NCBI GenBank assembly: GCA_025350665.1
Contig: JANXXJ010000089.1
Location: 1,021 to 65,020 of the forward strand
Direction of reading: 5' to 3'
Source of the DNA: Gemmatimonadota bacterium
GTDB lineage: Bacteria > Gemmatimonadota > Gemmatimonadetes > Gemmatimonadales > GWC2-71-9
Length of the DNA: 64,000 nt
Shown here: positions 1-9,229 of the stretch, one piece after another
Layout of the letters: each line of letters opens with the position of its first letter
Numbering within the stretch: position 1 is the stretch's first letter
Notes under the pieces: model-generated
Told to the model about the DNA's origin: nothing
Database searches by the model: none
What the model saw: the letters and a program-made list of their open reading frames with translations, nothing else
Position numbers and translations under genes: made by a program

Positions 1-30
1 CATCAGTGTGGTCTCCTTGAGATCTATGGA

Positions 31-678
31 TTACGCCGTGGGGCCGCTCGGAACTGCATTCCGAAGCCTCGGGCGGATCGCTCGTTCGGCCATGTTATCG
101 TCGATCAGCGCGCGTTCGACACCCGGGCCGTTCGGGGCGAGCTGCGCCACCTGCGCCAGCAGTACTTCCAGATCTTCGAGCAGCCGCCGGATCTTGGCGT
201 CCTTGAGTCGCGGCGACTCGAGCAATTGGCGGGTTTCCGACAGGAGGCCCTTGGTGCTGGCCGTAAATTCCTCGGTGACGTGGCCGGTCTGGTAGTCGGT
301 GAGCAGATAATCCACTCGTCGCAGGTGATCGAGGGCGTAATAGCGGATCATCGATTCGCCCCGTATCACCTGCGCCGGGGTCTCCCGTCGGGCGACCACG
401 GCGGCGGGCACCTGGCCACCCCTGGTTCGGAATTCCGGCATGACCCACCGTCCGATGGCGATGCCCATGACCAGCACGGCGGCGAGGGCCAGGCCGGTGC
501 GAATCCAGCTCCGCCGGCGGGAGGCGAGATCGACGACATCACCTCCGCCGGCCCGGCGTCGCCGTGCCGCTTCGATCCCGGCCCAGATCTCGTCGCGAGG
601 TGTCGCGGGCGGGCGATGATATTCGCTCGTGATCTCGCGCATCCGTTCATCCAGTTTTTCGTCCTGGTCGTCCGTCAT
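31..678 (-). CDS. putative anti-sigma factor (single-pass membrane protein) paired with the upstream ECF sigma
   Basis: Lies within ORF 31..690. The ATG at 676-678 overlaps the sigma gene stop (ATGA at 675-678). One hydrophobic helix (GLALAAVLVMGIAIG) follows a charged N-terminal region. It sits directly downstream of an ECF sigma. No family-specific motif recognised. Confidence 0.6.
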   Translation of the reverse strand: MTDDQDEKLDERMREITSEYHRPPATPRDEIWAGIEAARRRRAGGGDVVDLASRRRSWIRTGLALAAVLVMGIAIGRWVMPEFRTRGGQVPAAVVARRETPAQVIRGESMIRYYALDHLRRVDYLLTDYQTGHVTEEFTASTKGLLSETRQLLESPRLKDAKIRRLLEDLEVLLAQVAQLAPNGPGVERALIDDNMAERAIRPRLRNAVPSGPTA

Positions 679-1223
679 TGGGTCACCCATTCTCCAGCGA
701 ACACCGCCAGCAATTTCCGCAACTTGGCGCGCGCCCGGCTCAATTGGGCCTTCGAGGTTCCCGCCTGGATGCCGAGGGAGGAGGCGATTTCCTCATGGGT
801 ATAGCCCTCGACATCATGCATCAGAAACACCGTTCGATATCCCTCGGGCAGGCCGTCAACGGCCCGGTTCAACTCCGCCTTGAGGTCGGGCTCGGCCGGT
901 TTGGCTCCGCCGGCCGGCCGGTTCACCGCCTCGTCGAGCTCGACCTCGCGGGACTCGTTCCGGCGATTCTTTCTGAGGCCGTTGTAGATCACCGAGTAGG
1001 CAACGCTAGTGATCCAGGTGGACAAGGCGGCGTCGCCTCGAAACGTCTCGAGCCGGTTGAAGACCCGGATAAACGTCTCCTGGGTGCAGTCAGCGGCCAT
1101 GGCCGCCTCCCCGGTGAGCCGGTATGCCAGCCGGAAAACCCGGTCCACGTTCTGGTCGTACAGCTCGCGTTCGGCGCGGGGATCACCCCGCAGGACGCGG
1201 CTCACCAAGTCGGTGACTGTCAC
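675..1223 (-). CDS. ECF-type RNA polymerase sigma-70 family factor
   Basis: 182-aa ORF with a GTG start. Sigma region 2-like DCTQETFIRVF and region 4 HTH EGYTHEEIASSLGIQAGTSKAQLSRARAKLR. Size is typical of ECF sigmas. Confidence 0.9.
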   Translation of the reverse strand: MTVTDLVSRVLRGDPRAERELYDQNVDRVFRLAYRLTGEAAMAADCTQETFIRVFNRLETFRGDAALSTWITSVAYSVIYNGLRKNRRNESREVELDEAVNRPAGGAKPAEPDLKAELNRAVDGLPEGYRTVFLMHDVEGYTHEEIASSLGIQAGTSKAQLSRARAKLRKLLAVFAGEWVTQ

Positions 1224-1428
1224 CGGGCTCCGAATTGTTCGGGGTGGCGCCTGTTACACCGGATATGACAGGGAATCGGTCTCAAGGGTTGCACGTTCGT
1301 ATGACCTGAGCAAGTCCCTCGACGGGCGGAAATCAGCATTGGCCTGAGTGCAGAATCCGGCCAAGCATGGTTCGATATCACTCCAATTGACTTGCAACTT
1401 GTTATTTCACAGACTAATAGCCAATGAC

Positions 1429-1450
1429 AATACTGATCGATTCAGTTATT
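1429..1450. promoter_or_regulatory. candidate operator: imperfect inverted repeat just upstream of the TetR-family gene
   Basis: AATACTGA-TCGAT-TCAGTTATT has arms ACTGA/TCAGT that are exact reverse complements, with imperfect extension. It lies 10 nt upstream of the ATG at 1460, inside an unusually AT-rich stretch (about 1340-1460) between divergent genes. Protein binding is inferred only. Confidence 0.25.
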
Positions 1451-1459
1451 ATTGCTACC

Positions 1460-2200
1460 ATGTCGCGTCGACGGGACCCTTCGAAACTCGATCAGATCGC
1501 CTTGGCGGCGACCTGGGCCTTCGCGACGGCCGGGTTCGACCGGGCTCGGATCAGTCGTATTGCCGACCGGGCCGGCGTGGGTCCAGGAACGTTGTACCTC
1601 TACGTGGAGGACAAGGAAGCTCTGTTCGAGCTTTCCCTTCTGAGGAGCCTGGAGAGTCCGCTGGTCGCCAATCCGGCTTTGCCGTATCGAAAATCGCCGC
1701 CCGGGGCCCGGTTGCGATTGATCGACGACTGCCTCCACGAGGTGGCCCATTTCCCCCAGCTATGGGTCGCGAATCAGCGCCGTAGTGTGACAGATGCGGT
1801 AGAGGAGTATGATGGAATACTACTGGAAATGGTTCGATGGCTCAAGCGCTATCGCGGCGCCGTTGCTTTGGCGGAACGGAATCGTGCGGATCGGCCGGAG
1901 TTGGGCCAAAGCTTCGATCGGGTGGTCTGGGTGGATCTGCATCAGCGGCTGACGACCTACATTGCCACGCGAATCCGGACCGGCCACCTACAGCCGGCCG
2001 GCCCGCCAGCGGCCCTCGCACGCTTCACAATCGACGCTTTGATTGCCGCGACGGTATCCGGGCCGGTGGCCGCCACCCAAGCGGAGACAACCGTCTCGGC
2101 GGTCGGGGACGATGTTCTGGTGCGGTGGGTTGGCGCGGCCCTCCGAGGCTCAGGGAACGGCTTGCCATTCCCGGCCCATGCGGGCCAGAATCCCGCCTAG
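1460..2200 (+). CDS. TetR/AcrR family transcriptional regulator
   Basis: Within ORF 1424..2200; start taken at MSRRRDPSKLD. N-terminal TetR HTH ISRIADRAGVGPGTLYLYVEDKEALF. The 3' end overlaps the convergent M20 gene by about 50 nt. Confidence 0.85.
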   Translation: MSRRRDPSKLDQIALAATWAFATAGFDRARISRIADRAGVGPGTLYLYVEDKEALFELSLLRSLESPLVANPALPYRKSPPGARLRLIDDCLHEVAHFPQLWVANQRRSVTDAVEEYDGILLEMVRWLKRYRGAVALAERNRADRPELGQSFDRVVWVDLHQRLTTYIATRIRTGHLQPAGPPAALARFTIDALIAATVSGPVAATQAETTVSAVGDDVLVRWVGAALRGSGNGLPFPAHAGQNPA

Positions 2201-3706
2201 AAGCTCCATGCCGTCCCATAGGTTTTGAAGCCGCAGGTTTTCGTTCTCTCCGTGCTGGTTGTTGTCATGGTTGACAATCGGCAGGATCGCGAATGGCATG
2301 TTCAACACGGTAACGAATTCGGCCAGCGGGAGACTTCCACCCAACGTGGGCAGCCGGATGATCCGCCGGCCCAGCACTTGATCTGCCGCACGGAGCAGGG
2401 CGGCCGCTCCCGGCGAGTCGAGGCGGGTCCGGGCCGCCGCATAGCCACCGGACCACACCACTTTGATCAGCTTCGAGCGGGCCCGCCGGGTGATTGAATC
2501 CGGATCAGTGCGCACGATGGCGTAGCCCAGCCGCCGGATATGGGCTTCGACCAACTCCTGAATCCTGGCCGGAGTCTGTTTGGGAACCAGGCGGAAGTCG
2601 AGATAGGCCTCCGATTCCGCCACGATTACGTTGGCCCCGCCCCCGTGGGCTCGACCGCCGGAGAGGCCGCTTACGTTCAGAGCCGGAAGGGCCAGTTGTT
2701 CGCCGAGCAGGGCGGGCTCGTTTTCCGTACGTCCCAGTCCCAGCTCCGCCTTGAGTTGTTCCTCGACGGCGGGGATCGCCCTGATCGCCGCCCGTTCCGC
2801 CGACGTCACCGGAACAACGTCGGCATAGTAGCCGGGAATCGTGATCCGGCCGTCGATGTCACGCATCGACGCCAGGAGGTGGACCATCATCGCGTTGGGG
2901 TTGGGGGCCCAGTTACCGTAATGGCCGCTGTGGAGCGGCCGGGTAGGTCCATATATCGTCAGGTTGGCGCCGATTACGCCGCGCACGCCGAACACCGCCT
3001 GGGCCGCCCGGCTCTGGTGTACCGGGCCATCGCAGAAAATCCAGAAATCGGCGTCGAGCAGGCCGCGGTAGCGGGTCAGCAACTTACCGAGACCGGCGGA
3101 GCCGGCTTCCTCCTCACCTTCAAAGAAGAATTTGAGGTTCACGGACAGCGGGATTCCGCTCGCCCTGAGCGCGTCGATCGCCCACAGCATGGCGACGATC
3201 GGCGACTTGTCGTCGCTGGCTGATCGGGCAAAGAGGCGGGCCTCGGGGTCAAACCGCCCGCCCGGTGGGTCGAGCGGGAGTGCCTGGACGCCGGGCCCCA
3301 TGGGACCGGACCGGAGGACCGGCTTGAACGGGTCACTCGCCCATTTCGGCAAATCGATCGGTTGGCCGTCGTAGTGGGCGTAGAGCACAATCGTACGAGC
3401 GGCCCCTGGCGTCTTGAGCTCTCCGAAGACAGCCGGTGGCACGCCGTCGACCTCAAGCAATTTCGCGGCGATGCCCCGTCGTGTCATCATCGCGGCCAGG
3501 GCGGTGGCATTCCGCCGGATGTCCGCCAGGTCAGACGCGACGTTCGGCAGCGCGAGAAAGTCCACCAATTCCCTGACGATCGCCCGTTCGTTTCGTTCCC
3601 GGAAATGCCGAATCTGGTCACGGAGGGGGGTCTGCGCGACGGCGCTCGAGGGGGGAAGCGCTGTGAGTGCGAGCAGCGCCATCAGACGACGGATCATGAC
3701 GTTCAT
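2150..3706 (-). CDS. secreted M20 family metallopeptidase (dipeptidase-like)
   Basis: 518-aa ORF. Signal peptide MIRRLMALLALTALPPSSAVAQ. M20 motifs YAHYDGQP, SASDDKSPI and FFFEGEEEAGS. Confidence 0.85.
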   Translation of the reverse strand: MNVMIRRLMALLALTALPPSSAVAQTPLRDQIRHFRERNERAIVRELVDFLALPNVASDLADIRRNATALAAMMTRRGIAAKLLEVDGVPPAVFGELKTPGAARTIVLYAHYDGQPIDLPKWASDPFKPVLRSGPMGPGVQALPLDPPGGRFDPEARLFARSASDDKSPIVAMLWAIDALRASGIPLSVNLKFFFEGEEEAGSAGLGKLLTRYRGLLDADFWIFCDGPVHQSRAAQAVFGVRGVIGANLTIYGPTRPLHSGHYGNWAPNPNAMMVHLLASMRDIDGRITIPGYYADVVPVTSAERAAIRAIPAVEEQLKAELGLGRTENEPALLGEQLALPALNVSGLSGGRAHGGGANVIVAESEAYLDFRLVPKQTPARIQELVEAHIRRLGYAIVRTDPDSITRRARSKLIKVVWSGGYAAARTRLDSPGAAALLRAADQVLGRRIIRLPTLGGSLPLAEFVTVLNMPFAILPIVNHDNNQHGENENLRLQNLWDGMELLGGILARMGREWQAVP

Positions 3707-4518
3707 GCCTTCCGATGCATCGCAGAAACCAGTTCCTTCACGAACTTGGCTGCGACCATACCGGATCGGGGCGACCGATCGTTGGCCGGGTTCAATTCCA
3801 CCACGTCGGCGCCGACGATCCGGGCATCGAGGTGCTGGATCGTGGCCACGACGTCCCGGACGGACAGGCCGCCGGGTTCGGGGTGCGAAATGCCAGGCGC
3901 GAACGCGGGGTCGAGGACGTCTACGTCGAGCGAGATGTACACCGGCTGATCGAAGCGAAGGCGAGGCGGGCCCTCCCAGCGCCGCATCTCGATGACCTCG
4001 ACTCCGTATCTCGCGACCTGGTCCCGCTGGTGGCGGTTCAGTGTCCGGATCCCGACCTGCACCAGTCGATCAGTCAGCTGGTCCTCCATGATCCTGGCAA
4101 AGGGGCAGGCGTGGGACAGTCGATCGCCTTCGTACTCGTGATGCAAGTCGCCGTGAGCATCGAAGTGGAGGATGGCGAGCCGAGGATAGCGTTCCCGCAT
4201 GGCGCGGAGGACCGGGTAGGTGATTGAGTGATCGCCGCCGAGCACCAACGGCCGCCGACCCTGGTCGAGCAGGCGTCGGACGCCCAGGGTGATGGGCTCA
4301 AGGACCTCCGCCGCGCTCGCGTCAGGGCCAATGGCGAGATCGCCGGCGTCGTCCATGACGTCGGGCGAGGTGGTGTCGAGCCCGTCCTCAGTCCAGTGAT
4401 TGCTCGAGGCCCGGGCCAGAGACGCCCTGATGACGCCGGGCGCCGCTGCCGCTCCCCGTTCGAACGAGGACGCCGCGTCGAATGGAACGCCGAGAAGCGT
4501 GGGGACGCCGTCTGACAT
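3703..4518 (-). CDS. arginase/agmatinase/formiminoglutamase (ureohydrolase) family protein
   Basis: Within ORF 3703..4599; start taken at MSDGVPTLLGVPFD (ATG at 4516-4518). Mn-binding motifs GGDHSITYP, DAHGDL and SLDVDVLDPAFAPG. The stop overlaps the M20 start by 4 nt. Confidence 0.85.
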   Translation of the reverse strand: MSDGVPTLLGVPFDAASSFERGAAAAPGVIRASLARASSNHWTEDGLDTTSPDVMDDAGDLAIGPDASAAEVLEPITLGVRRLLDQGRRPLVLGGDHSITYPVLRAMRERYPRLAILHFDAHGDLHHEYEGDRLSHACPFARIMEDQLTDRLVQVGIRTLNRHQRDQVARYGVEVIEMRRWEGPPRLRFDQPVYISLDVDVLDPAFAPGISHPEPGGLSVRDVVATIQHLDARIVGADVVELNPANDRSPRSGMVAAKFVKELVSAMHRKA

Positions 4519-4644
4519 GGTTGCGTGCCTATCTGATCCCTGGGGTTCCCAAAGATATTCCGGCGAGGCCGCCGGGGCTTGACCTTCCGGATTCCGCAAC
4601 CGGGGCTACAATCCCGTTGGTATCGTCACCTCTTGAGGAACCCC

Positions 4645-6756
4645 ATGCCCGTCGGGATCACTCGGTTCGATCAGCGAGCCTTGCTCGCGCTGGCGGTCGG
4701 CGTTGGGATCGCCGCCGGCTGTAGCTCGACCCGGCAAGTTGACGATGCAATGCTCCGGGCCGCCGATGGCGACTCGGCCAACTGGCTCAGCCACGGCCGG
4801 ACCTACGCCGAACAGCGCTTCAGTCCCCTCCGCCAGATCGACGAGGCGAGCGTCACCCGGCTCGGGCTCGCCTGGTGGCTCGATATGGGCACCCTGCACG
4901 GTCTCGAGGCGACGTCGCTGGTCAAGGACGGCATCCTCTACACCAGCAGCGCCTGGAGCGTGGTCTACGCCATCGATGCCCGCGAGGGCCGGGTGCTCTG
5001 GCGTTTCGATCCGCAGGTACCGAAGGATCACGGCAAGTTCGCCTGCTGCGACGTGGTGAATCGAGGCGTCGCCCTTTATCACGGCCGGGTCTATGTCGCG
5101 ACGATCGACGGCCGTCTGATCGCGATCGATCAACAGACCGGCCAGCCGGTCTGGGATGTTCAGACCACGCCAAGGGGCGAACCGTACGCTATCACGGGGG
5201 CGCCCCGGATCGCCGCGGGCAGGGTCATCATCGGGAACGCGGGCTCCGAGTATACCGTTCGTGGTTTCGTGTCGGCGTACGATGCCGAGACCGGCTCGCT
5301 CGCGTGGCGAACCTACATGGTTCCCGGTGATCCGTCGCGGCCGTTCGAATCCGTAGCGATGAAGCGGGCCGCGGCGACCTGGTCGGGTGAGTGGTGGAAG
5401 GGTGGCGGCGGGGGGAGTCCGTGGGATCCGATCGTCTACGATCCGGCGCTCGATCTCGTGTTCGTCGGGACCGGGAACGCCTCGCCATGGTATCCGGAGC
5501 TCCGTGGTACCACCGGGGGCGACAATCTCTACACGGCGTCGATCGTGGCGCTTCGGGCCAGCACGGGCGAGCAGGTCTGGCACTACCAGGCCACGCCGGG
5601 CGACAGCTGGGACTACGACGCGACTCAGCCGATTCTCCTGGCCGACCTGACGATCGAAGGACGGCTGCGACGCGTGCTGATGCAGGCCAACAAGAACGCC
5701 TTCTTCTACGTGATCGACCGTCAGGACGGCACCCTGATCTCGGCCCGGCCATTCGCGGCGATGAACTGGGCGACGGGTATCGATTCGGCGGGACGGCCGA
5801 TCGTCTCGCCCGCCGCCCGCCCGACCAAGGCCGGCACGCTGGTGGTTCCCTCCGACCTCGGCGCCCACAACTGGCATCCGATCTCGTTCAGTCCGGTGAC
5901 CGGGCTTGTCTACCTGGCCGCGACCGACGCACCGGCGCTGCACACGGTCGACACGGACTTCAAGCCGGATCCCAACGATCAGACCGTGGGATTCGATGCT
6001 CGCTATCAGGGGCCGCTGGTGGACAAACTGGCAGCGGCCAGGCCGACGGGCCGGTTGCTGGCGTGGGATCCGGTGGCCGGGACGGTGCGATGGAAGGCCG
6101 AGCATCCGGTGGCGCGGAGCGGCGGCACGCTGGCCACGGCCGGGAACCTGGTCTTCCAGGGGCGGGGCGACGGCAAATTCGTCGCGTACCGGGCGACCGA
6201 CGGCCAGGTACTTTGGGAGTTCGATGCCGGGGTCGGGATCGCGGCGGCGCCGATGACCTACATGGTGGACGGGAAACAGTACGTGGCCGTGCTGGCCGCT
6301 CCCCCGCTTCTGTTTACCGATCCCAACGTCAAGACCGGTCCGAATACCAAGACGGGGCCGGGCCGTCTGCTGGTGTTCGGGCTGGGCGGGACCGATACGC
6401 TGCCCACGGCCGTGCGGCACGACACGCCGATTCCGCCGCCCGCGGTGACGATCGTCGCCTCGCCGAAGGAAATCATCGAGGGTGGGGCGCTGTTCAGCCT
6501 GTTCTGCGACCGGTGTCACAGTCCCGATCTGAATCTGGTGAAGAGCGGGGCGATTCCCGATCTTCGGCGGTCAACGGCTGCGACCCACGCGGCGTTCGAG
6601 CAGATCGTGCGGGGCGGCGTGCGGCGGGCGCTGGGGATGCCTTCGTTCGCAAGCGACCTCACCAGCGACCAGGTCCGGGTGATCGAGGCCTACGTGGTGG
6701 ACCGGGCCCGGATGGCCGGCGGCGTCGAGTCCCCGGCGCCGCCGCGAGCCCACTAG
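4645..6756 (+). CDS. PQQ-dependent alcohol dehydrogenase, quinohaemoprotein type (fused C-terminal cytochrome c), lipoprotein-like signal (ADH1)
   Basis: Within ORF 4579..6756; start taken at MPVGITRF... followed by LAVGVGIAAGCSS. Vicinal Cys pair FACCDVVNRG. Propeller motifs GNAGSEYTVRGF, GTGNASPW and WDYDATQPILLADL. Haem c site CDRCH at 6505-6519. Confidence 0.9.
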   Translation: MPVGITRFDQRALLALAVGVGIAAGCSSTRQVDDAMLRAADGDSANWLSHGRTYAEQRFSPLRQIDEASVTRLGLAWWLDMGTLHGLEATSLVKDGILYTSSAWSVVYAIDAREGRVLWRFDPQVPKDHGKFACCDVVNRGVALYHGRVYVATIDGRLIAIDQQTGQPVWDVQTTPRGEPYAITGAPRIAAGRVIIGNAGSEYTVRGFVSAYDAETGSLAWRTYMVPGDPSRPFESVAMKRAAATWSGEWWKGGGGGSPWDPIVYDPALDLVFVGTGNASPWYPELRGTTGGDNLYTASIVALRASTGEQVWHYQATPGDSWDYDATQPILLADLTIEGRLRRVLMQANKNAFFYVIDRQDGTLISARPFAAMNWATGIDSAGRPIVSPAARPTKAGTLVVPSDLGAHNWHPISFSPVTGLVYLAATDAPALHTVDTDFKPDPNDQTVGFDARYQGPLVDKLAAARPTGRLLAWDPVAGTVRWKAEHPVARSGGTLATAGNLVFQGRGDGKFVAYRATDGQVLWEFDAGVGIAAAPMTYMVDGKQYVAVLAAPPLLFTDPNVKTGPNTKTGPGRLLVFGLGGTDTLPTAVRHDTPIPPPAVTIVASPKEIIEGGALFSLFCDRCHSPDLNLVKSGAIPDLRRSTAATHAAFEQIVRGGVRRALGMPSFASDLTSDQVRVIEAYVVDRARMAGGVESPAPPRAH

Positions 6757-7475
6757 GGCTTGGGAATCCAGGCCGCCCGTTTCCAGGCCGGTGTTTCAAA
6801 CAAGGCCATGGTCACCGCGGGATTGATCTTCCAGTCGCGATAGATCTCGTGGAAAAACAGCTTGCCGTCCCGGAGGAAGAGCACCTCCGTGCCAATCCAT
6901 CCCTGGCCGAGTTTGACGACCTTGTCGAAGCTGATATCAGACGTCGAGCCGCTCTGGCCCGGTTCGATCACCCGCAACAGGATCAGCCGGTTCTTCTCGA
7001 CCCAGAGCTCCGAGCCCGGGGCGCCGATGACCCACATCGCGGCACCTTTCCAGGTGTCTTCGCGGAGCCGGCCCGCGTCGAATTTTTCTGCCTTGACGAG
7101 TTCGATGGTCCGCTCGGGGGCCTGGTTGTAGACATCGAACGCGAGGATCTCGAGGATGTTGTGCCCGGCAGCGGCGCGGGCCAGCTTCCGTTTGTCGAAC
7201 CCGAACGTCGAATCGCCGCGGTAGAGAAAGGCCTTGCCGCTGTCGATGGGCGCGACGTCGATTCTGAGACCGCCCGGAATGACCGCGGCTTCCCACCATT
7301 CCTCCTCCGGCCGGCCGTCGGCGAACACGGCTCGCTGGACGAACGAGAGCGTCCGGTACCACTTGCCGGCGTACCGCGCGTGCATGGCGCGGATCACATC
7401 TTCGCCGGTTTTGGGAGGCTGGCCGGACACCGGCCGGGCCAGTGTGGCGAGCAGGAGCAGCGAAACGGTCAGCAT
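6753..7475 (-). CDS. secreted hypothetical protein (possibly LolA-like fold)
   Basis: 240-aa ORF with GC3-rich codons. Signal peptide MLTVSLLLLATLARPVSGQ. No catalytic motif recognised, and the fold guess is weak. Confidence 0.6.
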   Translation of the reverse strand: MLTVSLLLLATLARPVSGQPPKTGEDVIRAMHARYAGKWYRTLSFVQRAVFADGRPEEEWWEAAVIPGGLRIDVAPIDSGKAFLYRGDSTFGFDKRKLARAAAGHNILEILAFDVYNQAPERTIELVKAEKFDAGRLREDTWKGAAMWVIGAPGSELWVEKNRLILLRVIEPGQSGSTSDISFDKVVKLGQGWIGTEVLFLRDGKLFFHEIYRDWKINPAVTMALFETPAWKRAAWIPKP

Positions 7476-7562
7476 GGGATCTCCGTAGGTCGGCAGTGCG
7501 TCAAGAATGTAGCCTGAGTAGTTTGAAAGTGGGTTGATCGGGATCGAACCAGGGAGCCGACG

Positions 7563-7958
7563 ATGGCGAAAATATCAGAGAAGAGTCGCGCGGTAACGCT
7601 GGTGCTGGGACTCGTCCTCGGCATGTTTGGAGGACACCGCTTCTACGTTGGCAAGATCGGCACCGGCTTGCTGATGCTCTGCACCGCCGGCGGGTTGGGG
7701 ATCTGGTATCTCATTGACAACATCATGATTGCCAGCGGTGCGTTTCGAGACGCCCAGGGGCTCCTGATCACGCGATGGGATCCGGAGCAAGGCGAGCTGG
7801 CGGGCATGCCCCAGGAGTTGATGGACGAACTGTACGCCCTGCGGACCGAAGTGAACGAGCTGCACGAGCGGGTCGACTTTGCGGAGCGGCTGCTGTCCGA
7901 CCGGTCCGGTGCCGGCGAGGAGACGAAGGCGTCGCTCAAACCGGGCCGGGAACCCTAG
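7563..7958 (+). CDS. TM2 domain-containing membrane protein
   Basis: 131-aa ORF. TM2-type two-helix segment GGHRFYVGKIGTGLLMLCTAGGLGIWYLIDNI, followed by an acidic, coiled C-terminal tail. Confidence 0.8.
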   Translation: MAKISEKSRAVTLVLGLVLGMFGGHRFYVGKIGTGLLMLCTAGGLGIWYLIDNIMIASGAFRDAQGLLITRWDPEQGELAGMPQELMDELYALRTEVNELHERVDFAERLLSDRSGAGEETKASLKPGREP

Positions 7959-8752
7959 CTGCCGCTAAGCACCTCCACGACCTGACCCACCCGGATGATT
8001 CCCGTACCGCGGTGGACGACGTTCATGCCGAACATCACGCCACCACTCCGCTTCCGGAATGTGGCCATCGTCCGGAGCGGTTCCTGCCCGTGGATTCCGG
8101 TGGCCTGATCGGTGGTCGTGACGGTACACCTGGCACAGGGCTTTACAGCATCGAAGATCAGGCCACCGATACCGAACCGCCGCCACCGGTCTTCCTCGAA
8201 CGCCTCCGACCCGCGCACCACGATGTTGGGCCGGAATCGATTCATCGGCAGCGGCTCCACGAGCCGCCGATTGAGCTCCGTGAGTGATGCCTCGCCCACG
8301 AGGAGCAGCGGATAGCCGTCGGCGAACGAGACGGCGGAGCCGGCAGGATCGTAGTCCGGATCGGTACGACGAGTCACATCGTCGGGATAGTACACGAGCC
8401 TCACCGGCGCGCCGAGAAAATCGGACAGCCAGGCCGCGGCCTGATCGCCCTGATCAGCCGAGTCGACCCAGTCGTTCCAGATCCGGGCCAGCCGGCGCGG
8501 GGCCTGGGGATCGGTCGGTACGGTGAGAGACCCCTGCCCGGGCGCGTCGAGGGTGAGTTGTCCATTCCCGGGTGTGGCTCCAATCAGGCAAAGCCGGCCG
8601 ATTTCCCGCTGGGTGACCAGATGGCCCGCGCCGTCGACCACCATCCAGCGTCGGTCGGCGTCGGGGCCAAGTCGGCCGAGGACGAGTTCAGGGCGGACGA
8701 TGCCGCGCCCGCCCTTGAGCGGGTAGACATGCAGATCGGTGATGGTGATCAT
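7955..8752 (-). CDS. MOSC domain-containing protein (YcbX-like)
   Basis: Within ORF 7955..8911; start taken at MITITDLHVYPLKGGRG (typical MOSC_N). RFRPNIVV and CARCTVTT are in the MOSC domain. The start overlaps the GNAT gene stop by 4 nt. Confidence 0.8.
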   Translation of the reverse strand: MITITDLHVYPLKGGRGIVRPELVLGRLGPDADRRWMVVDGAGHLVTQREIGRLCLIGATPGNGQLTLDAPGQGSLTVPTDPQAPRRLARIWNDWVDSADQGDQAAAWLSDFLGAPVRLVYYPDDVTRRTDPDYDPAGSAVSFADGYPLLLVGEASLTELNRRLVEPLPMNRFRPNIVVRGSEAFEEDRWRRFGIGGLIFDAVKPCARCTVTTTDQATGIHGQEPLRTMATFRKRSGGVMFGMNVVHRGTGIIRVGQVVEVLSGS

Positions 8753-9189
8753 GGGGCGGGTGACGGGGAGCGATGTTCCATGAAGCGTTCCGGTGCCGCA
8801 AGCGGCGCAAACCCGACGCTGGCGTAAATTGCATGGGCGTCGCGGGTGGCGAGCAGGAACCGCCGGATCCCCTGCAATTCGGGATGGGCCAGGATGCCGA
8901 GCACCAGCCATCGGGCGAGCCCACGGCGCCGGTGAGGGTCCAGGACGAACACGTCCGAGAGGTAACCGAACGTGGCCCGATCCGAGACGACCCGGGCGAA
9001 ACCGATCTGGGTATCCGAGGCGTCGTGATACACGCCGAACGCCATGGAGTGGCGGATCGATCGCGCCACGGTCTCCCGGCTGATACCCCGGGCCCAGTAC
9101 GAGGCGGTCAGGAATCCGTGGATGAGGTCGAGGTCGAGGCGTCCCGGCGCGTCGGTCAGGGTATAGCCGTCGGGATGATGCAGCAGCAT
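8749..9189 (-). CDS. GNAT family N-acetyltransferase
   Basis: Within ORF 8749..9537; start taken at MLLHHPDGY (ATG at 9187-9189). Acetyl-CoA binding motif HRRRGLARWLV and a GNAT-like core. Confidence 0.8.
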   Translation of the reverse strand: MLLHHPDGYTLTDAPGRLDLDLIHGFLTASYWARGISRETVARSIRHSMAFGVYHDASDTQIGFARVVSDRATFGYLSDVFVLDPHRRRGLARWLVLGILAHPELQGIRRFLLATRDAHAIYASVGFAPLAAPERFMEHRSPSPAP

Positions 9190-9229
9190 GGCAAGGAATG
9201 TAGCAACACTCACTTCAAGGGGACTCGTG

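Noticed and set aside
1348-1785. 145-aa plus-strand ORF starting in the AT-rich intergenic region and overlapping the TetR gene out of frame
   Set aside because: Its codon composition is atypical, and it overlaps a well-supported TetR reading frame with a clear HTH.
4606-6519. 637-aa ORF on the minus strand, exactly antisense to PQQ-ADH1
   Set aside because: The product is Arg/Pro/Gly-rich low-complexity with no recognisable motif. The plus strand encodes a complete, motif-rich PQQ-ADH. Open antisense frames are expected where third codon positions are almost all G/C.
5391-7517. 708-aa plus-strand ORF overlapping ADH1 out of frame and running antisense to the 6753-7475 gene
   Set aside because: The product is Arg/Gly/Asp-rich low-complexity. 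Both regions are already explained by better-supported genes.
7541-7550. GGTTCGATCC (minus strand), a tRNA T-loop-like motif in the 87-nt gap before the TM2 gene
   Set aside because: The flanks give at most 3 bp of T-stem and no acceptor stem or CCA context, and the gap cannot fold into a cloverleaf. It is probably a chance match.
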